A DNA stretch of 58,277 nt, counting the filler, from Sphacelaria rigidula (Eukaryota): the NCBI GenBank assembly GCA_964200075.2. It is 9 parts of 9 records of this genome, joined end to end, with 100 filler letters (N's around TTAATTAATTAA, not from the genome) between each part and the next. Parts side by side here need not be neighbours in the genome. Positions count along the whole stretch, not along the records: positions 32,434 to 38,819 come from CAXNAA020020393.1; positions 38,920 to 45,305 come from CAXNAA020020394.1; positions 45,406 to 51,791 come from CAXNAA020020395.1; 6 more parts are not named here. One strand, given 5' to 3'. The position numbers were made by a program, and so were the translations under genes. The notes under the pieces were generated by a model. The model ran no database searches. It saw only the letters and a program-made list of their open reading frames with translations, and was not told where the DNA came from. This document shows positions 37,265-50,423 of this stretch, piece by piece; position 1 is the stretch's first letter; every line of letters starts with the position of its first letter.

Positions 37265-37645
37265 CTAGATAGATGGTAATGGGAGGGTTAGGTCGGACAT
37301 AGGCAGGGGTGGGTGTATGTTGGCATGGCCAGGAGGAATCGGCTGTCAGCAAGTGTGAATTTTGCGGAAAGTGTCCGACATGCGGGGGCGGTGTTTTGCG
37401 CCACTAGGGGTCTCCTACATGTATGAGGGACTATGCGACAATATGGGTAATGATGTTCCCACCCTACCGAATGTGTGGAGATATCTTTTTTTTTACCGTG
37501 ATTCACATTACGTCATATTCTCTCACGTTTCCTGCTCGTTTTTCTCCTGCCGATAACACTATAACAACTGCCTCTCCCCCCAACTGCTCCACTCCGATTG
37601 ATCATAAGTCGTGTTAGACCCTGTGTCGGTCGAGGGCGCATATAC

Positions 37646-38819
37646 CTGGCCGCGTACTCACATCTGGTTGGACGTCCTCCATTGGTCCTTCTGTGGTCGT
37701 GTTTGCCAGACGTGATTTTCCCTTTCCTGTTGTCTGTCGGCCGTTTTTTGCCTTCTCCTCTGCAGCCTCCTTATCTGCAGGCACCTTCTCCTCTGCAACC
37801 GCTTTCGCTATAGCTCCCTTCACTATTTTCTCTCGGTCAGAATTGAAAAACGGCTGATCGTCTGCAGACAGGGCGTGAGGATTTTTCTTCAAGGCCGTGA
37901 AGAGGATGCCTTTACGGTCTACATCCGCGAAGATCTCTTTGAAGGTGGTCAGGGATTGCTCTTTCCGAGCGTCATCCGCGGCACTAACTTCCGCCACGAA
38001 ACGGTCGACCACCAACACGACCAGTTCTGTGGCCAGCGTTCGCGCCCGTTTCCCCGATGTCACGTCGCCCTTGCTTGGAGGGTTGTCCACGTGGGATTCC
38101 CACTCCTTCCAAGCAGTCGCTGTCATTCGCACCGCGGTTGAGGCTGATATTGCCAGGTGCGGGAGCAATCCATGACCGGGTGATAGATCACTTGTGTTCC
38201 CTTGACGGTGATCTTCCCCCGTCTCTCTTGTCAGTTGCGATCCGTATTTTGCCTCTAATCCGATAGTTGCTTTTATGGCCTGTTTATTTATGGGTGTTAG
38301 GCCTTTACGATCATTCTTCGAGAGGCTTCCTATGAGGAACCTGAAGCACCTCACCGTTGTGTCCTGCAGCCGTCGGAGAGTCTGTCCTTCATTGCGGTTG
38401 AAATCAGCCGCGTCGGCCTCGCGGACGAGGTCATGAATGTGCCTGATGACACCCTCGCTCTTTTTGAGAAATTCAATATCGATGTCGGTGCTTTTCCCAG
38501 ACGAAGTATTGGGGAGGCAATGCTGCCGTGTTCCCAGCGATTTGGCGAGGAGCACAAGCAAGTCTTCCCTTGTGAGCTCCGTGGCAAGAATCTTCACCTT
38601 AGTCACTATCCCGTAGGACAGATTCATGTGTACGAGCTCGTCATTTTTTTGAGCCCTCTCCGACAGTCCGAACACCTTTTCCAGGCATTGGAGACTGTTC
38701 TTACCGTTGAGGTCGATTTTGCGGTTGGCGATGCGGGGCTTCCTATCGGCTTCATGATGGGGAGCGCCGTCGTTGAGGGAAGCATCTTCACTCTGGAAAC
38801 CTCCTTCATTCTTGGAAGT
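37646..38819 (-). CDS. Hypothetical protein, large exon (5' end cut by the contig edge)
   Basis: Frame open from the contig edge for 391 codons, charged and helical-looking; phase-1 donor CCAG|gtatat at 37646/37645. Confidence 0.65.
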
Positions 38820-38919
38820 NNNNNNNNNNNNNNNNNNNNNNNNNNNNNNNNNNNNNNNNNNNNTTAATTAATTAANNNNNNNNNNNNNNNNNNNNNNNNN
38901 NNNNNNNNNNNNNNNNNNN

Positions 38920-39003
38920 AAAATCCCAGATCGCTCCGAGAATTGAACCTACGACCCAACCGTCAGAAGGTCTGGAGGTTACCGACTGAGCCACCGGGGT
39001 GAC
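38920..39003 (-). mobile_element. tRNA-derived SINE head
   Basis: Reverse complement GTCACCCCGGTGGCTCAGTCGGTAACC...GGTTCAATTCTCGGAGCGATCTGGGATTTT matches the 2591 head. Confidence 0.7.
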
Positions 39004-39065
39004 CGGAGTTAATGTACATGTTATACTTCGTATTCCATCTCGTCGTCCTCGACACAGGGCCGTAG

Positions 39066-39581
<516 letters not shown>

Positions 39582-40124
39582 TGATGCATACATACGTATA
39601 TCTTTGCGACTTGCCTCCACAGACCTCGAAGATGACGGTTCATGTCCGAAGGGTGTGGTTCCCAACAGCGAGAGCTGGATCGCAACCATCCGCGGCCTTC
39701 TCCTTTTTTTTAACAAGTTTTTTTCCCGACTGATGTCGTACGGTCTCGTTCCCGACGCCGCGCGGCAGGGACAGGGCGGGTACTAGGTATGTCGCGGCGT
39801 CGATGTTTTCCACCCAGCCCTCTGCTTTCCCTCCTATCCTTCCTTTTCGTGTGTATGGTTCTGTTTCTCGTTATTCGATTCACTCTTGTCTGTTTTTTTA
39901 GGCAATTTGGTCTTCCTTGTTTCGGGAATTTCCTGCAGCGAGTCTTCCCATTTATTAATTTTTGTTTCACCATAAGTACGAACGTCGTACCTTGTGATAA
40001 GGGGACCAGGGGTGGATCCCTATTTCATCAGTATAGTACTATGGAGGATCAGGAAACGTGCGCCGAATCAGTGCAAATCAGTTCATTATGTATCCGCAGT
40101 ACAATAGCCGAGCAAGGTGTATGA

Positions 40125-42191
40125 TACTGTTATGGGCGCGCCTGACCCCCCAAGATGAGCCCAGAAAGTGTCACCGACCAAAAGCACGAACAGACCGGAG
40201 ATGACGTTCATCCTCTGACCATGCACGCCGCAAAATCCCTTAAAGTACTTGTGATTTGAGTAGGGTTTCCTTTCCACGGTTTCGAAGTTTTCTTGTTCCG
40301 GAGGACGAACCACGGCGTCGCTCGGCTACTCACCGACGTGTATTTGTCCTAGCTACAATTTTACTGGCTGGTTTTACCGAAGACGTTACGGTGATGAAGA
40401 AAATCGCAAAATACCCATGTTTTTTTTCACATAATTCGTTATAAAACTCGCATCCTGATGAAAAAAAAAAAAATCAACCTGTATAATTGTAGCTGTCGTC
40501 TTGGCGAAGATGATGCAAAAAGTCGCATCCCAATCGATGGCCGTGGCGATGCGCATTTTCCGCGCGCATTTTCCGAAACCGATTGGGCTGCAATCGCAAA
40601 CACGCACCCCCAACCCTAGCCGGTCTCCACAAAACGCGAAAACCTCACGCCTGTTCTGTAACGGCCTCGGAATAGATTACACCCATGAATGACTCGCGAT
40701 AGTGCGGATGGTTGATACGTCGGGTATGTGGAATGTTGCAAAATTTGAACCTTCGACTGAGCCCCCAGAAGCAAGAATCATCTTCGCGACCTCGCGGCAG
40801 CGGAGAGAACAAATTATGACACTGGCCCTAACGAAGGCATACCGAGAACCATCGGGCGAGACAGGTGCAACGTGTTTCGTAGGCTAAGGGTGCGTTGCCA
40901 GACCTCGAATCGGCGCCCCAGGCGCCGATTTAGACAAGAACACGTTCTGGGATGCTAGTAGAATGCTGGGAGCACAGCCCCCATGAAAGATCCGGATTTC
41001 GTTTTTCACACCAAGATCAAGATTGACCGACTCACGCTCCCGAATGGGAAAGTATACTGCGCCAAGACGACACAAAGTCGTCGTCCCACTTTCGCTGAAG
41101 CCACATGGCACCGAAGCCCGAATCATGTCTTTCAGTGGACCCACCCATCCTAAGACACACATCTGTTGTATCGGCAATGGTGGGTGACGGACGACCGTTT
41201 GTTTTCATTCCCTCTTGCAAAACATCTTTGGAGTCCGATGAACCCCTGGACAGCGAGGGTAGTCCATCTGGACCATGCATACTTTTTTCAAGTGGAAAAT
41301 GATGCCGATTCAGCATGTGACCAAACCGTCGCGGTCAAAGTGCTAATTTATATCGTATTCATCAAATGAAGAGCCATGCCCACGGAACAACAAATACACT
41401 TCGAAACGCGAGTCATTCGTCCGACAAAAGTTGTGGAACCATGGCAGCCGATAAATAAGCTCCTCAACCATGACGAGGTGGTAGACTAACACCCGCCCAG
41501 CCCACATGACACACCCGGTGACTATTTGTACTCCACTCGTCTGTGTAAGAGCCGTCCTCGTTGAAGTTCATCAGTACATATGACTTTGTCGCATGTTGAG
41601 CACATCATGTTGACCCAACTTTGATCCGCCCCCAAATGGTTCAGCTTCTTGGTTTCACTTACCGCCGTTGGGCTACAAATGTTCATGGTTGATTACTTGA
41701 TTTGAGTGCGTACAACGAGTATCGGGATTTTAGTAGGGCTGACGGCCCCGTGTACTCCTCGGGTGCGCACAACGCGTCTTCGTTAAAATCTGCGCCACAG
41801 AAGCCGATTTGAGGTCTACCAAGGCCTCACTTTCTTCAGGGAATGTATGTACCGCCCTTGCCCGAGTGTTCTCGGTGTGCGCTGGGTTGGTTCAACCCAA
41901 TCAGCCTCCTTGCATGCCAGGGTATCGCAAGCATGGACGAAAGGTGACGCAGTGGCATGTAATATATGAGGAGCAACGGAAATAACGGCAGGGTTCTAGT
42001 TTTAGACGGCAGTCCATTTTTTTTCGATATGAATTTTGGATCCATGCCGTTCTCTTCCGATGACGTAAGGCGCATTGTACTCCACGAGCCTGGATAAGCC
42101 CCATGAGTCGGTCTGCTCGTGTCTGTTTGTGATATTGGTCGGTGACACTTTTTTTGCCCATTTTGGGGGGACAGGCGCGCCCACAACTGTA
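40125..42191. mobile_element. Tc1/mariner-like DNA element (about 2.06 kb, TA target duplication) in a JmjC intron
   Basis: TA|CTGTTATGGGCGCGCCTGACCCCCCAAGATG...GTGTCACCGACCAA is inverted to ...TTGGTCGGTGACAC...CATTTTGGGGGGACAGGCGCGCCCACAACTG|TA (about 70-bp imperfect TIR); no intact transposase ORF. Confidence 0.75.
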
Positions 42192-42842
42192 CAAGACATG
42201 TCTGTCTTGCGATTTCACCGGTTTTGCAAGGGTTCGGCTTTTGTATAGAAGCGACATCTGAATACGTTTAGGGACGATCTATGCATGTAGGCGTTGAGGC
42301 TGGCCACTACTGTACCATACTCCACTGAGGTTAACCTACTGCACCATCATCGAGGAGTCCGAAGAAATATTTCCCCTACACTACGGCGCGCGCAGTAAGC
42401 ACGTGTCAGGAAATGTGTTTTCACCCGGCGATCACGACGGACAGTGTTGCTGCATATGCGTTTACTAGCAGCGCAGCGATTGTGAGGGCGCCGAAAACAC
42501 TGGGAGTATCTTTTGCCAGCCGCCATGTGCCGAACAGTGAAGAGTGGCGCGGGGACTCGCGTCCTCCGCTGTCCCGTAGTTGTTGCGGGCTTTGTCTGGG
42601 TTCGTACGCCTGGGTTAAATTGTTGTCCATTTTGTATCCCCGGTTCCTCGTGATTTTTTGTGCATTCGTGTATGTGTGTGTGTGTGTGTGTTTCTCTTTG
42701 TCTTTCGAATCGAGTGAAAAGCGAGCGAGAGTTTTTTCGTGTTGACGGTATTGTCATCCTTGGCGTTTTGGCATGCACCCCCCCTCTTCTCATTCCTTTT
42801 TCTCTTCTTGCCTTGCCGCTTTACCACTTTTTTGGTCCGCAG

Positions 42843-42956
42843 ATTCATGCGATAGAGGTACGGGCAAAGATTCTGCACAAGTTCCGGTTTCCTTTCTTCC
42901 GAGAGATGATGTTCTTTGCGGCCTCAAAATATCTGCGATTGCTCAGGGACCGACAG
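42843..42956 (+). CDS. JmjC demethylase, next exon (post-JmjC helical domain)
   Basis: ccgcag| ... |gtgact, 114 nt, phase 0/0; IHAIEVRAKILHKFRFPFFREMMFFAASKYL matches the KFRFPxF motif of KDM2/7. Confidence 0.9.
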
Positions 42957-43193
42957 GTGACTCTAGCAGACTGCACTTGGAGGGTGCTGTGTTCTGCTGT
43001 TCGTTATTGTGGTACAGCTGCTGCTGCTGCAGCAGCACCATACACGGTTACTGCTGTAGACGATTGGCCTGGGGATATCCAGCAAGCAGCACAGCCCTTT
43101 CCTTCATTTCTGAAGAGGAGGTTTACGTTTCATTTGTTATGCTGTTCTGGAGAATGTACAAAAAGGGGATACCCTGTGATTTTGTGACAAAAC

Positions 43194-43331
43194 CACACCC
43201 TGGACAATAGAATACACCGTCAAAAAGTGTACTGCGTGCAGTATCGACTATTGCGCCTATTGCAACAGACAATAGATTCCACACTGTACGCAGTGCACTT
43301 GTTAACAATATAATCTATTGTCCAGGGTGTG
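43194..43331. mobile_element. MITE, CACACCCTGGACAATAGA TIR
   Basis: Perfect 18-bp terminal inverted repeats; same family as 28016-28188. Confidence 0.8.
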
Positions 43332-44498
43332 AACAAAACAGGGTAGTGCACTTTCGTTTTGGGGCGCGGCGCTGCACACGGGTTGAGCGCCTCAAGAGCA
43401 CGTTCCAGCGCCTGAGCCCCACGCCCAAGGTTCCTCGGTAGCGTGCCCCGCCTTGTTTCTACACATAACATTAGACTTCACACGGAAAAGGAGAGCCTCT
43501 TCGAGCACCGTTTTTTGTCAACAAACCAACAGCGTACACCTGACTCTCAGCTAAATTGCCATATAATACCCCCTTTTTGTTCATGTATATACGCATTTAT
43601 GATCACGTGCATACCTTCTTGTGTTTAGTGTTAACCCTACTGCGGGCTCTGCAGAAGATACGCCGAAGGGTTAAAATTATTGAATTTCTCCTTTTGTTGG
43701 GGTGTACTGTGAGTGAGCTGCCGCATTATATTCCGACGTGTTTTTCATTGTGCTGAATTTTTCTCCTGATTTGTGTGTGGTTGACTTGCATATCTTGAAA
43801 TCTACAGCAAAGTGGTATCGTCAACTTGAACCTCGCCGCGCATCCGAGTAGCAAGTATGCAGCTGTTTCATCGTCTGAACTAAATGCATACCTGTACCCG
43901 TATACCTCCTGCGTGAAGGCTGATCGATTTGTGCGAATTCTCATTGCAATCTTGGGATCATTCATTATTTTTTTGTCGAGCCCGAAGATTGGAGTGTATT
44001 CCATGCATCCCACCGCGTGCACAGGCGGCGCAAAACAGTGGAAGTCTTATGATAATCGGAAGACTCGGACTGCCTTGAAAATCACTCGATTTCTGCGCTT
44101 GGGGCGGTGTATTGGGCATCTTTTTACTTTGGTGGCACATGGCGTTATGAACCTTCACGTGGTAATTGGACAGCGCTTCAGACGACCATAAAATACAACC
44201 ATGTTTTCATTTTTCATGCTGATTTATTGTTCAAGGCGCCGAAATCACGAGATTCCTGTGCCTCGGTTTTCTTCTGCGTTGCTCGCGGACGTGGAAGACT
44301 CGGCAGGTTGCGATGAAAGTGTGGGGTCCTACCCAAGAAAAACATGTAGATGATTACAGTCTCGCACAAACGTCAACGCTTCTACTTATCGAGCGCAAGA
44401 GTTTTGAGTGTGTAGAGAATTGAGATAGCCGTTTATAATCGATCTTACTCCACCTGATGAGCATGTTCTGTGTGTTATGTGACGAACGCGGTGTATAG

Positions 44499-44834
44499 GG
44501 AAATGCGCCGGGTCGGGAAACGACAAGCTCCAGCGGAAATGGAGAAAATGGTCCGGAACAACAAAATCAGTCACCCGGAGAACGGAAGCACAGCGGGGGC
44601 GCGCCGGGTGTCTCGGATGCATCCGTATTTATGAGCACGAGTAGTGGTGGTGGTGGTGAAAGTGGCGGTGCCGCTGTACCATCGGCTGCCCATGGCAGTG
44701 CTGTTGTTTCTCACGAGGAAACAGGTGGTGCTCGTGGCATGACCACGGAGCTGCGTAAGGGAGGAGTTGCGGATGCTGCGGAGAGGGTTGGATTGAACGA
44801 GTGGGAGATGGAGGGCTTGCCGTCGCTGCTCGAG
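44499..44834 (+). CDS. JmjC demethylase, third exon
   Basis: gtatag| ... |gtgagg, 336 nt open, phase 0/0; Gly/Ser-rich linker then LNEWEMEGLPSLLE, resembling the LxxxExxGL helix of KDM2/7. Confidence 0.7.
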
Positions 44835-45467
44835 GTGAGGCGTTGACGTCAATTTTCAAAGGTTTCATTTCCAGAGCTTTGTTCACCGCCTTGGTGTATG
44901 GAGGATGTGTTCCATGGCTCTCGTGCGGCTGAGTGCATTATGTAATAGCACGTCTGTTTGATTGATGGGTTGATTGACTGAGTGACTGTCAACCAAACAT
45001 GAAGTTACATTGTGCAGATTGTTGTAGGAGCACGAGACAGTCAGTCATCGAACAGTCCCGTCGTGTTGATTTTAGGGAAATATTTCCCCTCAATATAGCT
45101 CACTTTGATTGCGTTTTCATTTTTCATTGTTGAGGACCGCGGTCCGACAGTAGTGTATGTGGAGTAGGACCCGTATTGATGACTCTCGTCTTTGTCGCAA
45201 GTCATTTTGTGAACCCCTTCCCCCCCCCTCCCTCACTTGCTCCGTCTCGAAAGGGATGCGTCGTCAAATGTGAAAGGACTAGGCCAAGCAACAAAACAGT
45301 AGGAANNNNNNNNNNNNNNNNNNNNNNNNNNNNNNNNNNNNNNNNNNNNTTAATTAATTAANNNNNNNNNNNNNNNNNNNNNNNNNNNNNNNNNNNNNNN
45401 NNNNNAGGGGGGGGGGTACTCATGATCGTGCATACCGTAGTCATATGACCGTTGCCGTCATCCGGGA

Positions 45468-45790
45468 GGGGGGGTGTACTCATATCATGCATGCCATAGT
45501 CATAAGACCATTGGCCTCATCCCTAAAATGCCGGGACGGAGCACACTGGCTTTCCGCCGGACCAGGCTCGCAATCAATCACCAAGCGCGAAGCGCCGTGG
45601 TGTGTTCGGTGAGTCGCATGAAGGGTGGGCTGCATCCTGCTGAGATTGTTCGGCTCGAAGCCTACAGATTATATCACGTTCGGGTGACAGGCTACAATGA
45701 GTCCCTTCATTTTCTGATATCGCCACTTCCAGAGTCGGCCACGGCTCATACACTGCCTCATGGGTGTCACCATCGGACGGGGGGGCTCAA
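45468..45790 (+). repeat. Unclassified interspersed repeat family (G-run, GTACTCA...TGACCATTGACCACGCATCCCT...)
   Basis: Long copy at about 48402-48735; partial copies at about 4452-4530, 10421-10495, 48135-48205, 45238-45300(-), 25778-25847(-) and 58222-58277(-). Confidence 0.8.
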
Positions 45791-46089
45791 AGGAAAATGG
45801 TTTCGATGCATGTCCAAAATATAAGGCACCATAAAGATGAACTAAACGCCATCGAAAGAGTACCTGCAATGACACCGTAGCTGCATAGCTGCCGAACATA
45901 ACCCCCACCCCGCCCTGCCGAACACTACTGGTACTCTTAACCTGGTATATCAACATGCTCAAAGCGTTCGTAATGTATACGTGTACACGGTATCTTGAAA
46001 ACATTGACATTGATCCTCCGGAGAAAAAGCAAACCTCCACGCACGACGTCGTTTCCTTGTACACGTCAGACGAAAACTACGAGAAATGC

Positions 46090-46132
46090 ACTACTTCTAC
46101 TACTTTCATCACTACTACTACCACTACTACTG

Positions 46133-46166
<34 letters not shown>

Positions 46167-46215
46167 CACTACTACTTCTACTACCACCGCTACCACCACT
46201 ACTGTTACCACTACC
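46090..46215. repeat. (ACT/ACC)n microsatellite
   Basis: Directly visible. Confidence 0.95.
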
Positions 46216-46228
46216 GTCCGAACCTCAC

Positions 46229-46306
46229 CATCGCATCCTCGAGGTTGTCACGCTCCTGCCTGAGTTGCGTAAGCACCGGCTCCCGAACCTTCAACCTCTC
46301 GGTGGC
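46229..46306 (-). CDS. Coiled-coil hypothetical protein, next exon
   Basis: cacag| ... |gtgagg, 78 nt, phase 0/0; ATERLKVREPVLTQLRQERDNLEDAM. Confidence 0.6.
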
Positions 46307-46649
46307 CTGTGTCGGCCATTACCACGAGAGAGACAGCACAACAGTAAACGATAATCTATTTCAATGTACCGCAATGTGACATATAATCGCACCCGTACGC
46401 TAAATACCACCCCTGGACACTGATCTCCGGCTACTTTTTTTCACAAATGCGCGCCCTGGACAATAGATTGCACTGTGTAAAATATGGACTGCGCACAGTA
46501 TGGAATCTTTTGTCTATTATTGCAATAGGCGCAATATCTGATACCGTACGCTATACACTTCTTCAACGATGCAATCTATTGTGCAGGGTGCATATTCATG
46601 TCGGTGTCTGCTGCAGCCAGTGTGTTGTCAGGCGTTACAAAACTCGACA

Positions 46650-46855
46650 TATTGGTCGACGAGGGAAAGGGACTGCTGAACCCCTCTCGCGACGAAAAAA
46701 GGGCAAGCATCGCCGAAGGAAGGTGGAGTACTGTAAAGAAAACAAAAAGAGAGAGAAAACTCCTGGGTTGGCCCTCCTCCTCTGTGACCTCGGCTGATGT
46801 GCCCACATATACCGAAAGGTGTAGACCGGCGTCCAGAATAGGTAGGACGACAACC
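46650..46855 (+). mobile_element. tRNA-derived SINE body, 5'-truncated
   Basis: Reverse complement of about 2275-2455 (TCGACGAGGGAAAG.G.CTGCTGAACCCCTCTCGCGA...CCGAAAGGTGTAGACCGGCG). Confidence 0.75.
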
Positions 46856-47036
46856 CACCCACCCACCCACCCACACGTTTCAGAGTACACAACCCTTCCT
46901 GAAGGACGAAAATGACATTTTTTTTCGTTTGGTATCATATCGACATACACCCTATTTAGTCCCCCCTCCCTCCCCCTAAGCATTTTACGGTGAGCGAAGG
47001 CATAGCAATGCCGGAAACGCGGATGGATTCACTCAC

Positions 47037-47154
47037 CCCCTTCCAGTTTTCCTCCGACTGGCGAATGGCCAATCGCACAGCCTCCAAGTCCTTCGCATTG
47101 CTCTCCGTCGTAGCTACCACCTGCTTTTGCAAGCGGGACAACTTTTCCTCGAAC
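47037..47154 (-). CDS. Coiled-coil hypothetical protein, internal exon
   Basis: accag| ... |gtgagt; FEEKLSRLQKQVVATTESNAKDLEAVRLAIRQSEENWKG shows a heptad pattern. Confidence 0.65.
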
Positions 47155-47442
47155 CTGGTTCGTTTCAAGCAAGCACGGAACGACCACCAGGTGGGTAAAT
47201 AGTGGAAAGGGAAAGACGGTAAACCCATTGAGCCCATTATTATCGGCACTGTTTTTCGGAGATCTCCGAAAACTTCGGACTTTTCGGACTCTGAGTTCAG
47301 ATTTCGAGGCTGCTTGATTTTTTTGCTCCGAACCTTGACTTTTTGGAGAAGCCCGAAAAATTCGGACCGCAACGCAACGCTTCGGAGAGCTGCCCTGTGT
47401 GTATCCCGTGGCGTTCGCGAGCGTTCGAAAGTCATCAGATAC

Positions 47443-47545
47443 CTTGCCAGTGACACCCTGGGCCATGTCGGAGAGTAAAGAGCGCCGTGGTGGGCGGGAG
47501 TGGCGTCCTCAGGCTCGCGAAGGCGAGTCAACGACGAAATCAGCA
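47443..47545 (-). CDS. Coiled-coil hypothetical protein, possible upstream exon
   Basis: gacag| ... AG|gtatct; phase-2 end compatible with the next exon. Confidence 0.35.
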
Positions 47546-49175
47546 CTGTCTCCGTGATCGGAGATGTAACGGCAACGGCAGAAATCGATAATTATGGGCC
47601 GTTTGGATCTCTCCAAAATTTTAGGACTTCTCCAAATACATGTCTCTTCGTTGATGATGGGCCTTAACTGGACAGTGTTTCAAACTTTCCGCGATTTTTT
47701 CGGGTTTCCAATTCTTGTGTTTTTGCAGTCCCCCTGACTTGTCCAACAAAAAAAAAGAATTGCCGAATCTTCATTGGAAAAAAAACACGACGCTAGATTT
47801 TCGGAAACGTTTGCGGTCAGTATTGAATTCTGGTTAGGATCTCTGCCCTCACATTCTTCGGAAATTTCGGAAAAAAACAAACGAACACAAGAGCTGGTAA
47901 TAAGACCCCTTCGAGATCGGACCTCAAGTTCAGAGACCAGACCTCATGGCGATCAAACAGCTTCTGAGGACGACAACATGATGATGGCAGTTGAAAAATA
48001 AATCAAACACCGACAAGTCCGGCCGATCTTTATTTTCCCCCTGAACAAAAAAAATGAACCGCCAAAGATGATGCTGGTATGTATGTACCTCTGCGTGTGT
48101 ATACTGTACACGAAAAAGACGTGCGCGCGGGAGGGTGGGGGGGGTATCCATCATTGCGTGCCTTAGTCATTTAACCATTGACCACGCATTCCTTTCGAGA
48201 CACGAAGCGGAATCCAGGGACGGGGTATTGGTTTGCTAGGGGTGTACAGTACAGTGATTTCTAGCGCATTTTAACTTGGATGCACTGTGGTAGTGTGCGC
48301 CCAAAGTCAAAGCTCTCCAAAGGAAAAATTACTATACCAAATCAAGTGAATATATATATCGGACGACCACAGTATAGAAAGGTGACGTAAAATGAACAAC
48401 GGAGGGGGAGAGTGTACTCATTAGTTGCTTTGGTCATTCGACCGTTGACCTCGCATCCCTACAAAGCTGGGACGAAGCACGCCGGGCTTTCACCGGACCA
48501 TGTCCGCACTCAATCACCAAGCGCAAAGCGCCGTGATGTGTTCGACGAGTCGCATGAAGGGCGAGCTGCATCCTGCTAAGACTATGACTATTCGGGCCGA
48601 AGCGTAGTGATTATCTTATTTTTAGATGGTAGCCTCGAATGAATTGATTTCATGTTATGGTATCGCCACTTCCATAGACAACCATGGGTTGCACACTGCC
48701 TCATGGGTGTGTCACCCTCACCATGCGGCGGGGGGAAGGTACTTCATCGGGTGACAAGGTCTTCCAAGATCGACAGCCGGCAAAAGCGCGTCAGCATACA
48801 CGGCTGCTTTTGTGTCAGCAATTCTTGTATACATGAGTACAGTGAGCGCACGGTCACAGGTGTTTGGCACTACAGGCGGTGCTCGTCGACAGGGAGTAGC
48901 TGGTCAAGTGTACCTACTGTGAACAGAGTCAGGGTTTCCGAACGTCCAAGGTCAGTGACGGTTTGGTTCCGGAAGGAGGTCTGGCTTCGAACGGTTTTCA
49001 TATTCAAGTACCGTACCTTCGAGCACAGCTTTTGCTTCTTGTTTCTTTAGTTTTCCCTGTTTATTTTTTACCATCTTATTTTTTCTTCGGCCAGCGTTTC
49101 TGTTTTGTTTGCCTTGGGTATGTCTGCCTTTTGACCACCGCTCGGATCTCTTGGGGATCATGTCATGTGCGACGA

Positions 49176-49880
49176 TCAGAATCGAGATCAGAATCGAGAT
49201 CAGAATCGAGATCAGCATCAAAACCAAAAATCAAAATCAAAATCAAAATCAAAATCAAAATCAAAATCAAAATCAAAATCAAAATCAAAATCAAAATCAA
49301 AATCAAAGTCAAAATCAAAGTCAAAATCAAAATCAAAATCAAAATCAAAATCAAAATCAAAATCAAAATCAAAATCAAAATCAAAATCAAAATCAAAATC
49401 AAAATCAAAATCAAAATCAAAATCAAAATCAAAATCAAAATCAAAATCAAAATCAAAATCAAAATCAAAATCAAAATCAAAATCAAAATCAATATCAAAA
49501 TCAAAATCAAAATCAATATCAATATCAAAATCAAAATCAATCGATCAATCAATGGATCATGACATCATGATCCACGGCACCAAAACCACCACTCCTTCTC
49601 CAGCAGGTAGGTCCCCTATCCAGACTGCCCCCAGAATCAGAATCAAAATCAAGATCAAGATCAAAATCAGAATCAGAATCAAAATCAGAATCAAAATCAG
49701 AATCAAAATCAAAATCAAAATCAGAATCAAAATCAAAATCAAAATCAAAATCAAAATCAAAATCAAAATCAATACCAAAACTAATCGATCGATCAATCAA
49801 TGGGTCATGACATCATGATCCACGGTACCAAAACCACCACTCCTTCTCCAGCAGGTAGGTCCCCTATCCAGACTGCCCCC
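49176..49880. repeat. Two (AATCAA)n arrays, each followed by the same unit of about 92 bp
   Basis: Arrays at 49176-49540 and 49634-49772; units at about 49541-49632 and 49788-49879 are nearly identical. Confidence 0.95.
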
Positions 49881-50423
49881 CACATCACGGGGTCAGAATC
49901 AGGGAAGCCTCTACAAGTCTACGAAGTTTTTCAGATCAAAATCGACGGAGCTCTTCAAATTGACGAGGAGGCTTTTGAAATCGAAGAAACCTTTCAAATC
50001 TACCAAACGTTCTAAATCTATCGAAGCTTTTTGAATGAACCTACGAAGATTTCCAAATGTGCGAGTCTTTTCATATCGACGAAGTTCCTTTCAGGTCATA
50101 ATTGTTTTGGTGTCACACCTGATATTGGTCCCACCAGTCCTCGCCTTTGCCGGAAATCAGGGTCGTGTTCAACGCCTGGCTTGGGTGAGATGAAGGCACG
50201 ACGGATTCCTCCTGGAATAAAACCGCCAGTAACTCACTTGGGATGTGACATGAAAAGAACGAAGAAAAAAAGGAACCAAGTTTTCGAAGAGCGCAAACAC
50301 GGGAAGGCAAGCAAAGCGGCATGACAACACCCTCGATGAATGCATCCACCCGGTACGCAGTAGTACACGGTCATGTGACACCAATCACGTCTGTCCGTGA
50401 TACCTACTCTATGTGAGTCTTCG

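Noticed and set aside
38920..39003. Functional tRNA gene (also 2520-2591 and 6329-6380)
   Set aside because: No paired acceptor stem, copies are diverged, and the head continues into a shared repeat body, which indicates a SINE.
49176..49772. Telomeric array
   Set aside because: The AATCAA unit lacks a G-rich strand, is internal and is interrupted by a duplicated unique unit.
48963..49818. Poly-KI, NQ, SK and IL ORFs
   Set aside because: Translations of the (AATCAA)n microsatellite.
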